64,000 nt of DNA from an uncultured Gammaproteobacteria bacterium (GTDB taxonomy: Bacteria; Patescibacteriota; Patescibacteriia; Magasanikbacterales; UBA922). Position 1 is the first letter of the stretch, and every line of letters begins with the position of its first letter. The stretch is taken from assembly GCA_964418775.1 (NCBI GenBank), contig CAYQNA010000004.1, forward strand, positions 14,230 through 78,229, written 5' to 3'. The position numbers and the translations under genes were made by a program. Positions 56,418-64,000 of the stretch are shown piece after piece. The notes below the pieces were generated by a model. That model searched no databases. It was not told where the DNA came from and saw only the letters and a program-made list of their open reading frames with translations.

Positions 56418-56966
56418 TTACTTTTTGCGGAATGGGAAGCCCAAGTGGGTCAGCAAGGCGCGACCTTCTTCCTTGGACGTGGCCGTAGTAGCCACAGTGA
56501 TTTCCATACCATGGATAATATCATTGGCATCCACACCGGCAATTTCCGGGAAAGCCAAATGTTCTTTAAAACCCAAAGTGTAGTTGCCGCGGGCATCAAA
56601 GGCAGTTGGACTAATACCGCGGAAGTCGCGCACGCGAGGCAAGGTCAAGGAGACCAACTTGTCCAAAAATTCGTACATGCGTGGACCGCGGAGTGTAACC
56701 GAGGCGCCAACTGGCATGCCTTCACGAATTTTGAAGTTGGAAATTGATTTCTTGGCTTTGTTGCGTACTGGTTTTTGACCACTGATCTGGGTCAAAGTGC
56801 GTTCCACGCTTTCGATGAACTTTTCTTCTTTGGCGTGGCGACCAAAACCAACATTAATCACAACCTTGGATACGCGAGGCACCTGCATGATGTTGCTGTA
56901 ACCGCGTTCAGCCTTGAGGGCTGGGACCACGGTTTTTTTGTAGGCTGTATATAAACGGGATTCCAT
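56418..56966 (-). CDS. rplE: 50S ribosomal protein L5
   Basis: Start at MESRLYTAYKK…MQVPRVSKVVINVG. Confidence 0.9.
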   Translation of the reverse strand: MESRLYTAYKKTVVPALKAERGYSNIMQVPRVSKVVINVGFGRHAKEEKFIESVERTLTQISGQKPVRNKAKKSISNFKIREGMPVGASVTLRGPRMYEFLDKLVSLTLPRVRDFRGISPTAFDARGNYTLGFKEHLAFPEIAGVDANDIIHGMEITVATTATSKEEGRALLTHLGFPFRKK

Positions 56967-56976
56967 AAGTGGTAGC

Positions 56977-57294
56977 TTAAGCAATAATTTCACCACTGGC
57001 GCGAGCAACGCGCTTCTTTTCGCCACCCTCGGTCTTGAAACCAACACGGGTTGGACGATTAGTTTTAGCATCTACCAACATCACCTTGCTGATGGCCATA
57101 GGTGCCGAAAAATCAACTGCACGACCAGCCTCGCTACCACGAGTACGGCGCAGGTGCTTTTTGCGTTGGTTCATACCTTCCACGACCACAAATGTGCCGC
57201 GGCCGGCTACGGTCAGAACCTGGGTAACCTTGCCGGTTTTGCCATGGTCCTTGCCCGATAATACTTTTACGTTGTCGCCAGTTTTGATCTTCAT
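56977..57294 (-). CDS. rplX: 50S ribosomal protein L24
   Basis: MKIKTGDNVKVLSGKDHGKTGKV KOW motif. Confidence 0.9.
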   Translation of the reverse strand: MKIKTGDNVKVLSGKDHGKTGKVTQVLTVAGRGTFVVVEGMNQRKKHLRRTRGSEAGRAVDFSAPMAISKVMLVDAKTNRPTRVGFKTEGGEKKRVARASGEIIA

Positions 57295-57303
57295 AGGATA
57301 ATT

Positions 57304-57675
57304 CTAGAGAACTTCTGGAGCCAAAGACACGATTTTCTGGAAGCCTTTGGTGCGGAGTTCGCGAGCCACTGGTCCGAAAATACGACTGCCTTTTGGTTCA
57401 TTGTTCTTAGTATCGATAATGACAGCAGCGTTTTCGTCAAAACGGATGTAAGTACCGTCTTTACGGCGGGTTTCTTTGCGCTGACGGACAATAACCGCCT
57501 GAACAACTTCACCCTTTTTCACTGTGCCACGTGGGGCTGCTTCTTTTACAGAGCAGACAATAATGTCGCCAATGCGAGCGTAACGCTTCTGGAAACCACC
57601 AAGAACGCGGATACACATAAGCAGTTTGGCGCCGGTATTGTCGGCAACCTGGAGCATACTGCGGTGTTGAATCAT
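57304..57675 (-). CDS. rplN: 50S ribosomal protein L14
   Basis: [18 protein letters not shown]-terminus. Confidence 0.9.
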   Translation of the reverse strand: MIQHRSMLQVADNTGAKLLMCIRVLGGFQKRYARIGDIIVCSVKEAAPRGTVKKGEVVQAVIVRQRKETRRKDGTYIRFDENAAVIIDTKNNEPKGSRIFGPVARELRTKGFQKIVSLAPEVL

Positions 57676-57698
57676 ATGCGCAAAATCAAGTATCAAAA

Positions 57699-58016
57699 TT
57701 ACGCCGCAGTTACCAAACGCCAGCGCTTAGTGCGGCTGAGCGGACGGCACTCTTCGAACGTTACGACTTGGCCAACTTTGGCTTCGTTATTTTCATCGTG
57801 AACCGCGTATTTGCGGCTAACCGAATACTGCTTGCGGTACTTGGCGTTTTCGCGGCGCATTTCTACGCGCACGCTAATCGTTTTTTGACCAGGAGCAGTT
57901 ACCACGACGCCGGTAAAACGGCGGTGGCGCTTTGGCTGAGCGGCTACTGGAGCAGCTGCAGTTGTAGTGGCCTTCTTGGCAGTCGCCTTTTTGGCCGGTG
58001 TTTTGGTAGTAGGCAT
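57699..58016 (-). CDS. rpsQ: 30S ribosomal protein S17 (with ~30-aa Lys/Ala/Thr-rich N-terminal extension)
   Basis: …[32 protein letters not shown]-terminus. Confidence 0.9.
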   Translation of the reverse strand: MPTTKTPAKKATAKKATTTAAAPVAAQPKRHRRFTGVVVTAPGQKTISVRVEMRRENAKYRKQYSVSRKYAVHDENNEAKVGQVVTFEECRPLSRTKRWRLVTAA

Positions 58017-58027
58017 ACAATGGGAAA

Positions 58028-58219
58028 TTAAGCGGCCTTATTGGCGTTCTGCTGTGTACGGAGGCGAGCAATTGTGCGGCGAGCCACACGGATGCTGCGT
58101 ACAGCTGGCAATTGACGTTCGGCATTGCGAGCGCGCAAATTGCGCAGGGTTTCGCGCTGTTCGGCCAAGTTCTTGTGCAATTCTGCGCCCGACAATTTTT
58201 TGATATCTTGCTTGTCCAT
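58028..58219 (-). CDS. rpmC: 50S ribosomal protein L29
   Basis: 63-aa helical hairpin protein, …LSGAELHKNLAEQRETLRNLRA…. Confidence 0.85.
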   Translation of the reverse strand: MDKQDIKKLSGAELHKNLAEQRETLRNLRARNAERQLPAVRSIRVARRTIARLRTQQNANKAA

Positions 58220-58230
58220 AGTCGGTAGAA

Positions 58231-58650
58231 TTAGCGCTTAATAAACTTAGCCCGGAGTGGCAGCTTGTGAGCTGAGTCGAGCAAGGCTTCGCGTGCTTTG
58301 TCTTCTGGAATACCTTCCATTTCAAAGAGAACGGTACCTGGCTTAACAGTGCTTACATAATGGTCTGGCGAACCCTTACCACCACCCATCGGCTGTTCAT
58401 TACTTTTCACAGTCACTGGACGGTCTGGGAACACGCGGATCCAAATCTTACCACCGCGCTTAACGTAGCGAGTCAATACGCGACGGGCAGCTTCGATCTG
58501 GCGGGAAGTAACCCACGCATGGTCGAGTGCCAAGAGCGCAAAGCTACCAAAGGCAACAGTGTTAGTGCGAGTGGCCACGCCCTTGTTGTTGCGACGTGGT
58601 TTATGCCACTTGCGGTGTTTAACTTTTTTAGGTAGTAACATATAGGCCAA
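58231..58650 (-). CDS. rplP: 50S ribosomal protein L16
   Basis: [14 protein letters not shown]… pattern. Confidence 0.9.
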   Translation of the reverse strand: MAYMLLPKKVKHRKWHKPRRNNKGVATRTNTVAFGSFALLALDHAWVTSRQIEAARRVLTRYVKRGGKIWIRVFPDRPVTVKSNEQPMGGGKGSPDHYVSTVKPGTVLFEMEGIPEDKAREALLDSAHKLPLRAKFIKR

Positions 58651-58655
58651 AACAA

Positions 58656-59339
58656 TTATTTCTTGGCTTCAGTAGTGGCCGCAGTTTGAGCTAAGCGGTC
58701 AATACGTTCGAATGATTCGCCTTTGTAGATCCACACCTTGATACCGATCGAACCATACATGGTCTGAGCTTTGCCATAAGCAAAGTCAACATTACTGCGG
58801 AGTGTAATCAAAGGAATCTTACCCTGAGACAATTTTTCACTGCGAGCAATCTCGGCACCATTCAAACGGCCACCCATGGAGATTTTCACACCCTGAGCAC
58901 CTGCCTTCATGACGCGTTCAATGTGCTGCTTCATCACACGGCGGAATGCCATGCGTGCCTCAATGTCTTTAGCAACACTGGTTGCTACGGCGTTAGCTGA
59001 CAATGATGGTGCAGTTACTTCCTGAACCTGCAAGCGAACTTTGTTCGACATTTGCAAGAAACGACGCTCCAAATCCTTGCGGAGTTGGTCCAAGCCCTGG
59101 CCGCCGCGACCAATGATTACGCCTGGTTTGCCAGCGTAAAGGGTAATGGTAATATTTTTTGGACCGCGTTCGATGTAAACTTCATCGAGAGCAGCTTCTT
59201 TGAATTTGGTTTGCAAGAATTCGCGGATGCGGATATCTTGTTCCAAATTCTTGGCATAGTCAGCACCACCCACCCAGCGCGAAGTCCAGGGGAAAAGTAC
59301 CGGCATGCGGTGAATTTTTGGATGAATCTTGTGACCCAT
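58656..59339 (-). CDS. rpsC: 30S ribosomal protein S3
   Basis: MGHKIHPKIHRM… with a KH domain. Confidence 0.9.
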   Translation of the reverse strand: MGHKIHPKIHRMPVLFPWTSRWVGGADYAKNLEQDIRIREFLQTKFKEAALDEVYIERGPKNITITLYAGKPGVIIGRGGQGLDQLRKDLERRFLQMSNKVRLQVQEVTAPSLSANAVATSVAKDIEARMAFRRVMKQHIERVMKAGAQGVKISMGGRLNGAEIARSEKLSQGKIPLITLRSNVDFAYGKAQTMYGSIGIKVWIYKGESFERIDRLAQTAATTEAKK

Positions 59340-59361
59340 AGCGCAAAGTCAAAGCGAATAA

Positions 59362-59790
59362 TTAAGCCTTTTTGGCACGAGGTGCGCGTGGCTTTTTAGC
59401 AACTGGCGCAGCCTCCTCGACCGCTTCGGCTTTTTCAGCCTTGGCAGTACCATTTCCACTCAGCACGAGTGTAACATGGGAAGTGCGCTTGCGGATTGGC
59501 GTGGCACGACCCATAGCGCGTGGCATCCAGCGGTGCAAAGTCGCACCACTGTTTACGGCTGTACTGGTAATCACCAAGGACGAAACTTCGGCCTGGTGGT
59601 TGTGGGTAGCATTGGCAATCGCTGACTGGAGCAATTTCATAACTGGACGAGCAGCGTGCTTGCGGGAGAATTGCAACTGTTGGACAGCTGCTTCGGCCGA
59701 CATGCCTTTGATAAGGTCAGTTACCAAACGAACCTTGCGTGGACTCATGCGGAAGTTGTTCAAATGTGCCTTGGTTTCGAAAGTAGTCAT
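59362..59790 (-). CDS. rplV: 50S ribosomal protein L22 (with basic C-terminal tail)
   Basis: …AKAHLNNFRMSPRKVRLVTDLIKG… pattern. Confidence 0.9.
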   Translation of the reverse strand: MTTFETKAHLNNFRMSPRKVRLVTDLIKGMSAEAAVQQLQFSRKHAARPVMKLLQSAIANATHNHQAEVSSLVITSTAVNSGATLHRWMPRAMGRATPIRKRTSHVTLVLSGNGTAKAEKAEAVEEAAPVAKKPRAPRAKKA

Positions 59791-59801
59791 ATTCAGGCAA
59801 T

Positions 59802-60122
59802 TTACTTCTTAGCAGCTGGAGCAGCTGCTGACTTGGCAGCAGGTGCTGCCTGTTCCTTGGCCATCTTACCACCATGACCCAAGAATTTGCGGGTTGGGGA
59901 AAATTCACCCAGTTTGTGGCCGACCATGTTTTCTTCCACATAAACCGAGGTAAATACTTTGCCGTTGTGCACAGCAAAAGTCATACCCACCATTTCTGGA
60001 GTGATAGTTGAGGAACGGGACCAAGTCTTGATTGGGGCGCGATTATTAGTCGCTTTAGCCACCTGAACCTTGGCCAATAGCTTGGCTTCGGTAAAAGGGC
60101 CTTTTTTTAAACTTCTGGACAT
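59802..60122 (-). CDS. rpsS: 30S ribosomal protein S19
   Basis: [10 protein letters not shown]…GHKLGEF… pattern. Confidence 0.9.
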   Translation of the reverse strand: MSRSLKKGPFTEAKLLAKVQVAKATNNRAPIKTWSRSSTITPEMVGMTFAVHNGKVFTSVYVEENMVGHKLGEFSPTRKFLGHGGKMAKEQAAPAAKSAAAPAAKK

Positions 60123-60143
60123 ATTACAAAAGTGAACTAGGGA

Positions 60144-60986
60144 TTATTTGCCCCGAGCTGGACGACGGCTCAAAATGAGCTTGTCGCTGGCTTTGGAACG
60201 GCGAGACTTAACGCCGAGGGCTTTCTTACCCCACTTGGTCTTAGGACCACCCTTCAAACCGATTGGGTTGCGGCCCTCACCACCACCGTGTGGGTGGTCA
60301 ACTGGGTTCATAACCTTACCACGGACAACTGGACGCCACCCCTTGAGACGCTTGCGACCAGCTTTACCCAAGCGAACGAGCTTGTAGTCTGGGTTACCAA
60401 CCTGACCAACAGTGGCAGCGCATTCAGCGAGCACTAAGCGAACTTCACCAGATGGCAACTTAAGCTGGGCATAGCGACCTTCAAGTGTTTGAAACTGAGC
60501 CCCAACACCAGCCGAGCGCACGAGCTGACCGCCCTTGCCTGGTTCAAGCTCAATGTTATACACAAACAAACCAACTGGGATATGCTTAAGCGGCATGCGA
60601 GCACCAGTCGTGGCTTCGATCTGGTTTTTGGAAGACATAACACTGTCCCCTACTTTCATACCCTGAGGTACGATAACATAGGCCTTGGACTTGTCAGCGT
60701 ACTCAACGAGAGCAATGCGAGGACCACGGTTTGGATCGTATTCAATCGTAGCAATCTTGCCTGGTACATCGTAATTTGCCAAACGGAAGTCAACCAAACG
60801 GTAAAGACGCTTAGCGCCGCCGCCGCGATGGCGAACAGTAATAATACCACTGTGGTTGCGGCCGGCATTTTGCTTACGAACAGTGGTCAAAGATTTTACT
60901 GGCTTACTCGAAGTAACGTCAGAAAAATCCTGAACACTGCCCTGACGGCGACTATTAGTGGTGGATTTGTAGAGTTTAATCGGCAT
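60144..60986 (-). CDS. rplB: 50S ribosomal protein L2
   Basis: …VMNPVDHPHGGGEGR… signature. Confidence 0.9.
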   Translation of the reverse strand: MPIKLYKSTTNSRRQGSVQDFSDVTSSKPVKSLTTVRKQNAGRNHSGIITVRHRGGGAKRLYRLVDFRLANYDVPGKIATIEYDPNRGPRIALVEYADKSKAYVIVPQGMKVGDSVMSSKNQIEATTGARMPLKHIPVGLFVYNIELEPGKGGQLVRSAGVGAQFQTLEGRYAQLKLPSGEVRLVLAECAATVGQVGNPDYKLVRLGKAGRKRLKGWRPVVRGKVMNPVDHPHGGGEGRNPIGLKGGPKTKWGKKALGVKSRRSKASDKLILSRRPARGK

Positions 60987-60996
60987 ATAAATTCCG

Positions 60997-61344
60997 TTAG
61001 ACGCCAGTGTGAATACTGATCGTCTGACCAGCTGGCAAGGTCACAATGGCCTTTTTCCAGTCTTTGCGACGACCAATTGTGCGGCCAAAGCGTACTTCTT
61101 TACCTTCGACATTCACCGTGCGAACCTGTGTTGGGCGAACGCCGTACACTTGTTCAACCGCAGCAATAACCTGAGTCTTGGTAGCATCTTTGGTAACCAC
61201 AAAAGTGTACACACCTTTAGTTTCAGCATGGGCCGCTTTTTCACTCACCAATGGGCGAACAATTACGCGGTAGGCTGCACCCAAACGACCGGCTTTTTGA
61301 GCTGAGGCTTCGGTGACTGACTTGGTTTTTTTAGTAGTAGCCAT
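60997..61344 (-). CDS. rplW: 50S ribosomal protein L23
   Basis: …VRPLVSEKA…YTFVV…ATKTQV… pattern. Confidence 0.85.
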   Translation of the reverse strand: MATTKKTKSVTEASAQKAGRLGAAYRVIVRPLVSEKAAHAETKGVYTFVVTKDATKTQVIAAVEQVYGVRPTQVRTVNVEGKEVRFGRTIGRRKDWKKAIVTLPAGQTISIHTGV

Positions 61345-61351
61345 ATCAGTT

Positions 61352-61978
61352 TTAGTTTAAACGCTTCTCAAGCGCCTGAACTGCAGCGCGTGTAGCAATA
61401 ATGTATTGGTTCTGCAACAAGTCAGCGACGTTGAGTTCGGCAGCGCGAACTACTTCGGTCTTGGACAAGTTGTTTACGGCTTGGTGTGTGCTCTGTTCTG
61501 TAGTTGTCGTAACAATCAAAGCCGTGCGGCCAGCGCCTGGCAATTTTGCGCGCAAAGCAGACAAAGTTTTGGTCTTGGCATCGGTTGGAAGTGATTCAAC
61601 AATCACCAAACGAGCGTCGGCCAATTTGTCGCTAAGGCACATTTTAACTGCCAAAGAGTTGGTCTTCTTGTTGATTTTCTGTTTGTAGTTGCGGATCGAA
61701 AGTGGACCAAAAGTCACACCACCGCCCTTCCAGATTGGAGAGCGAATCGAACCATGACGAGCGCGACCAGTACCTTTTTGTTTCCAAGGTTTCTTACCAC
61801 CACCGCGAACTTCGCCGCGGCCTTTGGTGTCTGCCCAAGCTTCACGAGCATTGGCCATGAGCGATACAAATACTTGGTGCACCACGTCAACCTTTGGAGT
61901 TACCCCAAAAGTTGCGTCAGCCAAATCGATTTCGCCTGCAGCTTCGCCGGTTTGGTTAAAAAGTTTTACTTTTGCCAT
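61352..61978 (-). CDS. rplD: 50S ribosomal protein L4
   Basis: …GRGEVRGGGKKPWKQKGTGRARHGS… pattern. Confidence 0.9.
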   Translation of the reverse strand: MAKVKLFNQTGEAAGEIDLADATFGVTPKVDVVHQVFVSLMANAREAWADTKGRGEVRGGGKKPWKQKGTGRARHGSIRSPIWKGGGVTFGPLSIRNYKQKINKKTNSLAVKMCLSDKLADARLVIVESLPTDAKTKTLSALRAKLPGAGRTALIVTTTTEQSTHQAVNNLSKTEVVRAAELNVADLLQNQYIIATRAAVQALEKRLN

Positions 61979-61988
61979 ATAGTCAAAA

Positions 61989-62717
61989 TTAGGCTTGAGC
62001 TTCGGCAGTAGCTTCTTCGGCTACTGTTTCAGTGACTACTTCCGGAGCCGCGACCTCGGCTGGAGCTGGAGCTTCGACTGTAATTGAACCATTGTTGGTA
62101 GAAATTACAACCAAGCCATTGCGAGCACCTGGGATTGCACCCTTAACCCACAGTTCGTTAGTTTCTGGGTGGATTTCAACCACTTCCAAATTCTTAACTG
62201 TGATCTGGGCATCGCCCATGTGACCGGCCATGCGCATGTCTTTAAAAACGCGCTGCACACCACCGGCACCAATGGAACCAGGCATACGCAGGTTGTCTTT
62301 GTGACCGTGAGAGGCTGGACCACCGGCAAAGCCGTGGCGGCGCACTACACCCTGGAAGCCCTTACCTTTGGAAGTACCAACTACCTGGACTTTTTCGCCC
62401 TGGGTAAAGATACTGACCGTAAACCGGTCACCACGCTTAAGGTTGTGACCCTGTTCAATGGCCTGGCTGCGGAGGTAACGCACAGTGGCGCCCGGAGCAG
62501 TTTCCAAACCCTGAACATGGCCGCGTTCGGCGCGGTTCAATCTAAATGTTTTCTGTTCGCCAAAACCAATCTGCACGGCAGTAACACTGTCATTTTCAAC
62601 TGTCTTGACTTGTGTTACAACGCACGGGCCGGCTTGGACACGGGTAACCGGAACAACTGTTCCGTTGGCGGAAAAAACCTGTGTCATGCCAATTTTTTTT
62701 CCCAAGATAAACTTCAT
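61989..62717 (-). CDS. rplC: 50S ribosomal protein L3
   Basis: Start at MKFILGKKIGMTQVF, with a C-terminal Ala/Glu/Val-rich extension. Confidence 0.9.
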   Translation of the reverse strand: MKFILGKKIGMTQVFSANGTVVPVTRVQAGPCVVTQVKTVENDSVTAVQIGFGEQKTFRLNRAERGHVQGLETAPGATVRYLRSQAIEQGHNLKRGDRFTVSIFTQGEKVQVVGTSKGKGFQGVVRRHGFAGGPASHGHKDNLRMPGSIGAGGVQRVFKDMRMAGHMGDAQITVKNLEVVEIHPETNELWVKGAIPGARNGLVVISTNNGSITVEAPAPAEVAAPEVVTETVAEEATAEAQA

Positions 62718-62726
62718 ATCCTGCAC

Positions 62727-63017
62727 GCTAGTATTAAAAAACTAGAAGGTGAAACAGTATAAAACGGGATTACCCACAACCTGGGTTTCTCTAATCCTCA
62801 ATAGTGTTTCGCCTTCTAGCCTCTTGTTTGCCTATTGCTAGGCAAAAATTTTGGCTTAATTAAGGTAAATTTGATCTTATCACCTCAAACGCGCGTGTGC
62901 TCTCGCCAGATGTTTTTCCGAAGAATCTTATCTGTGCCAAGACACGAACGAAATTAGAATACGACTATTGTACTAGAAAACTGACCAATTGTCAAGGGGA
63001 AAACCGCCAGACACGTT
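62727..63017 (-). other. Unusually long (290-nt) rpsJ–rplC spacer containing a 15-bp inverted repeat (62742..62756 / 62805..62819) forming a long hairpin; candidate regulatory RNA element
   Basis: No ORF. The inverted repeat CTAGAAGGTGAAACA…TGTTTCGCCTTCTAG has one mismatch. rpsJ and rplC are normally only tens of nt apart. Confidence 0.35.
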
Positions 63018-63353
63018 TTACATCATTTTGATCTCAACATCGACGCCACTAGGAAGGTTCAAGTTCATGAGTGCGTCCACAGCTTTTGGGGTTGGATTGA
63101 GGATATCAATCAAACGCTTGTGGGTACGCATTTCATACTGTTCCTGCGCAGTTTTGTGGATGAAGGTGGCGCGGTTAACGCTGTACTTCTGGATTTGCGT
63201 TGGGAGCGGTACTGGACCAACTACCTGGACGCCATTACGTTCGGCCGTGTCAATGATGGTCTTTGTAGCCCCATCAATGATTTTGTGGTCGTACGCTTTG
63301 ATCTTGATGCGGACACGTGGACCGCTGCTGGCTGTTTTTTCGCTGGTTGACAT
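63018..63353 (-). CDS. rpsJ: 30S ribosomal protein S10
   Basis: Start at [27 protein letters not shown] (internal Met). The longer track ORF overlaps the tuf terminator. Confidence 0.9.
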   Translation of the reverse strand: MSTSEKTASSGPRVRIKIKAYDHKIIDGATKTIIDTAERNGVQVVGPVPLPTQIQKYSVNRATFIHKTAQEQYEMRTHKRLIDILNPTPKAVDALMNLNLPSGVDVEIKMM

Positions 63354-63355
63354 AG

Positions 63356-63403
63356 AGACAAAGAACAAGGCAAAGACCCCGCTGTCCTTATGGACGAGCG
63401 GGG
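63356..63403 (-). terminator. Intrinsic terminator downstream of tuf (CCCCGCUCGUCC-AUAA-GGACAGCGGGG + U-rich tract)
   Basis: GC-rich imperfect 11-bp stem followed by UCUUUGCCUUGUUCUUUGUCUCU on the minus strand, between tuf and rpsJ. Confidence 0.5.
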
Positions 63404-63417
63404 CCTTGAGCCTGGTA

Positions 63418-64000
63418 TTAGGCAATAATCTTGGTTACAACACCTGCACCAACGGTGCGACCACCTTCGCGGATAGCGAAGCGCATCTTCTCTTCGATAC
63501 CTACTGGTACGATGAGCTTGATGTGGAGGTTGGCAGTATCGCCAGGCATTACCATTTCAGTACCGGCTGGCAATGTGATATCACCAGTAACGTCGGTAGT
63601 ACGGATGTAGAACTGTGGCTTGTAGCCGTTGAAGAATGGCTTGTGGCGACCACCTTCTTCTTTGGTCAAAGCGTAAACTTCGGCCTCGAATTCAGTGTGA
63701 GCCTTGATAGTGCCAGTTTTAGCAAGCACCATACCGCGCATAACTTCGTCTTTCTTAGTACCGCGGAGCAAGAGACCAGCGTTGTCACCGGCCATACCTT
63801 CCTGGAGGGACTTGTTGAACATTTCAACACCAGTGATGGTTGTTTTCATCACGTCTGGTTGCATACCAACGATTTCAACTTCGTCACCAACCTTGATGCG
63901 GCCGCGTTCGATACGACCAGTAACTACAGTACCACGACCTTCAATGGAGAAGACGTCTTCAATAGGCATGAAGAATGGCTTGTCCAAGTCGCGTTCTGGC
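63418..64000 (-). CDS. tuf: Elongation factor Tu, C-terminal part (N-terminus beyond window end)
   Basis: Domains II/III …[17 protein letters not shown]…EMVMPGD…[12 protein letters not shown]…. Confidence 0.9.
   Translation of the reverse strand, partial: PERDLDKPFFMPIEDVFSIEGRGTVVTGRIERGRIKVGDEVEIVGMQPDVMKTTITGVEMFNKSLQEGMAGDNAGLLLRGTKKDEVMRGMVLAKTGTIKAHTEFEAEVYALTKEEGGRHKPFFNGYKPQFYIRTTDVTGDITLPAGTEMVMPGDTANLHIKLIVPVGIEEKMRFAIREGGRTVGAGVVTKIIA

Noticed and set aside
55666-56583. 305-aa plus-strand ORF across rplF-rpsH-rpsZ
   Set aside because: Antisense to three well-supported ribosomal protein genes.
60489-61019. 176-aa plus-strand ORF
   Set aside because: Antisense to rplB.
62169-62762. 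197-aa plus-strand ORF
   Set aside because: Antisense to rplC.
1-64000. CRISPR array or cas genes
   Set aside because: No regularly spaced short direct repeats were seen on either strand. No Cas-like proteins were recognised.

Overview
Gene-dense bacterial window of about 50% GC. It most likely comes from a small-genome (CPR/Patescibacteria-like) organism. This is inferred from the ribosomal-protein operon, which lacks L30 between S5 and L15 and carries a zinc-type S14, and from a VirB4/ComF-type 'T4SS-like' cluster. Layout from left to right follows. (1) A csoR-copA copper-efflux module (copA runs off the left edge) with a CsoR-type GC palindrome over its promoter. (2) Two ECF sigma modules, one translationally coupled to a DUF4349-like anti-sigma protein. 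(3) A roughly 6.5 kb integrated island (8050..14893) inserted at a tRNA-Thr(GGU) gene. The tRNA itself is interrupted in the anticodon loop by a 198-nt group I intron. The island ends in a 45-bp direct repeat of the intron-less tRNA 3' end. It carries two tyrosine integrases and a two-gene pair that looks like a minimal CBASS (a cGAS/DncV-like nucleotidyltransferase with a small 2TM effector). It also carries a trypsin-like protease, unknown proteins and a structured noncoding block. (4) Housekeeping genes (mutM, bcp, tpiA, an M16 peptidase, glyQS, radC, pyrD, asnS, recO, ruvX, map, adk, secY), with a T-box leader upstream of glyQS. (5) Seven further tRNAs. One type-II tRNA reads with anticodon ACT. 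(6) A T4SS-like/competence cluster (ComF, VirB4-like ATPase, large polytopic membrane protein). (7) The S10/spc ribosomal-protein operon through tuf on the minus strand, with an unusual 290-nt structured spacer between rpsJ and rplC. Other oddities: a 670-bp GC-rich insert between adk and secY, a homopolymer frameshift in a DNPH1-like gene, and a pair of unrelated HExxH proteins. Coordinates of RNA features were counted by hand and may be off by 1-2 nt.
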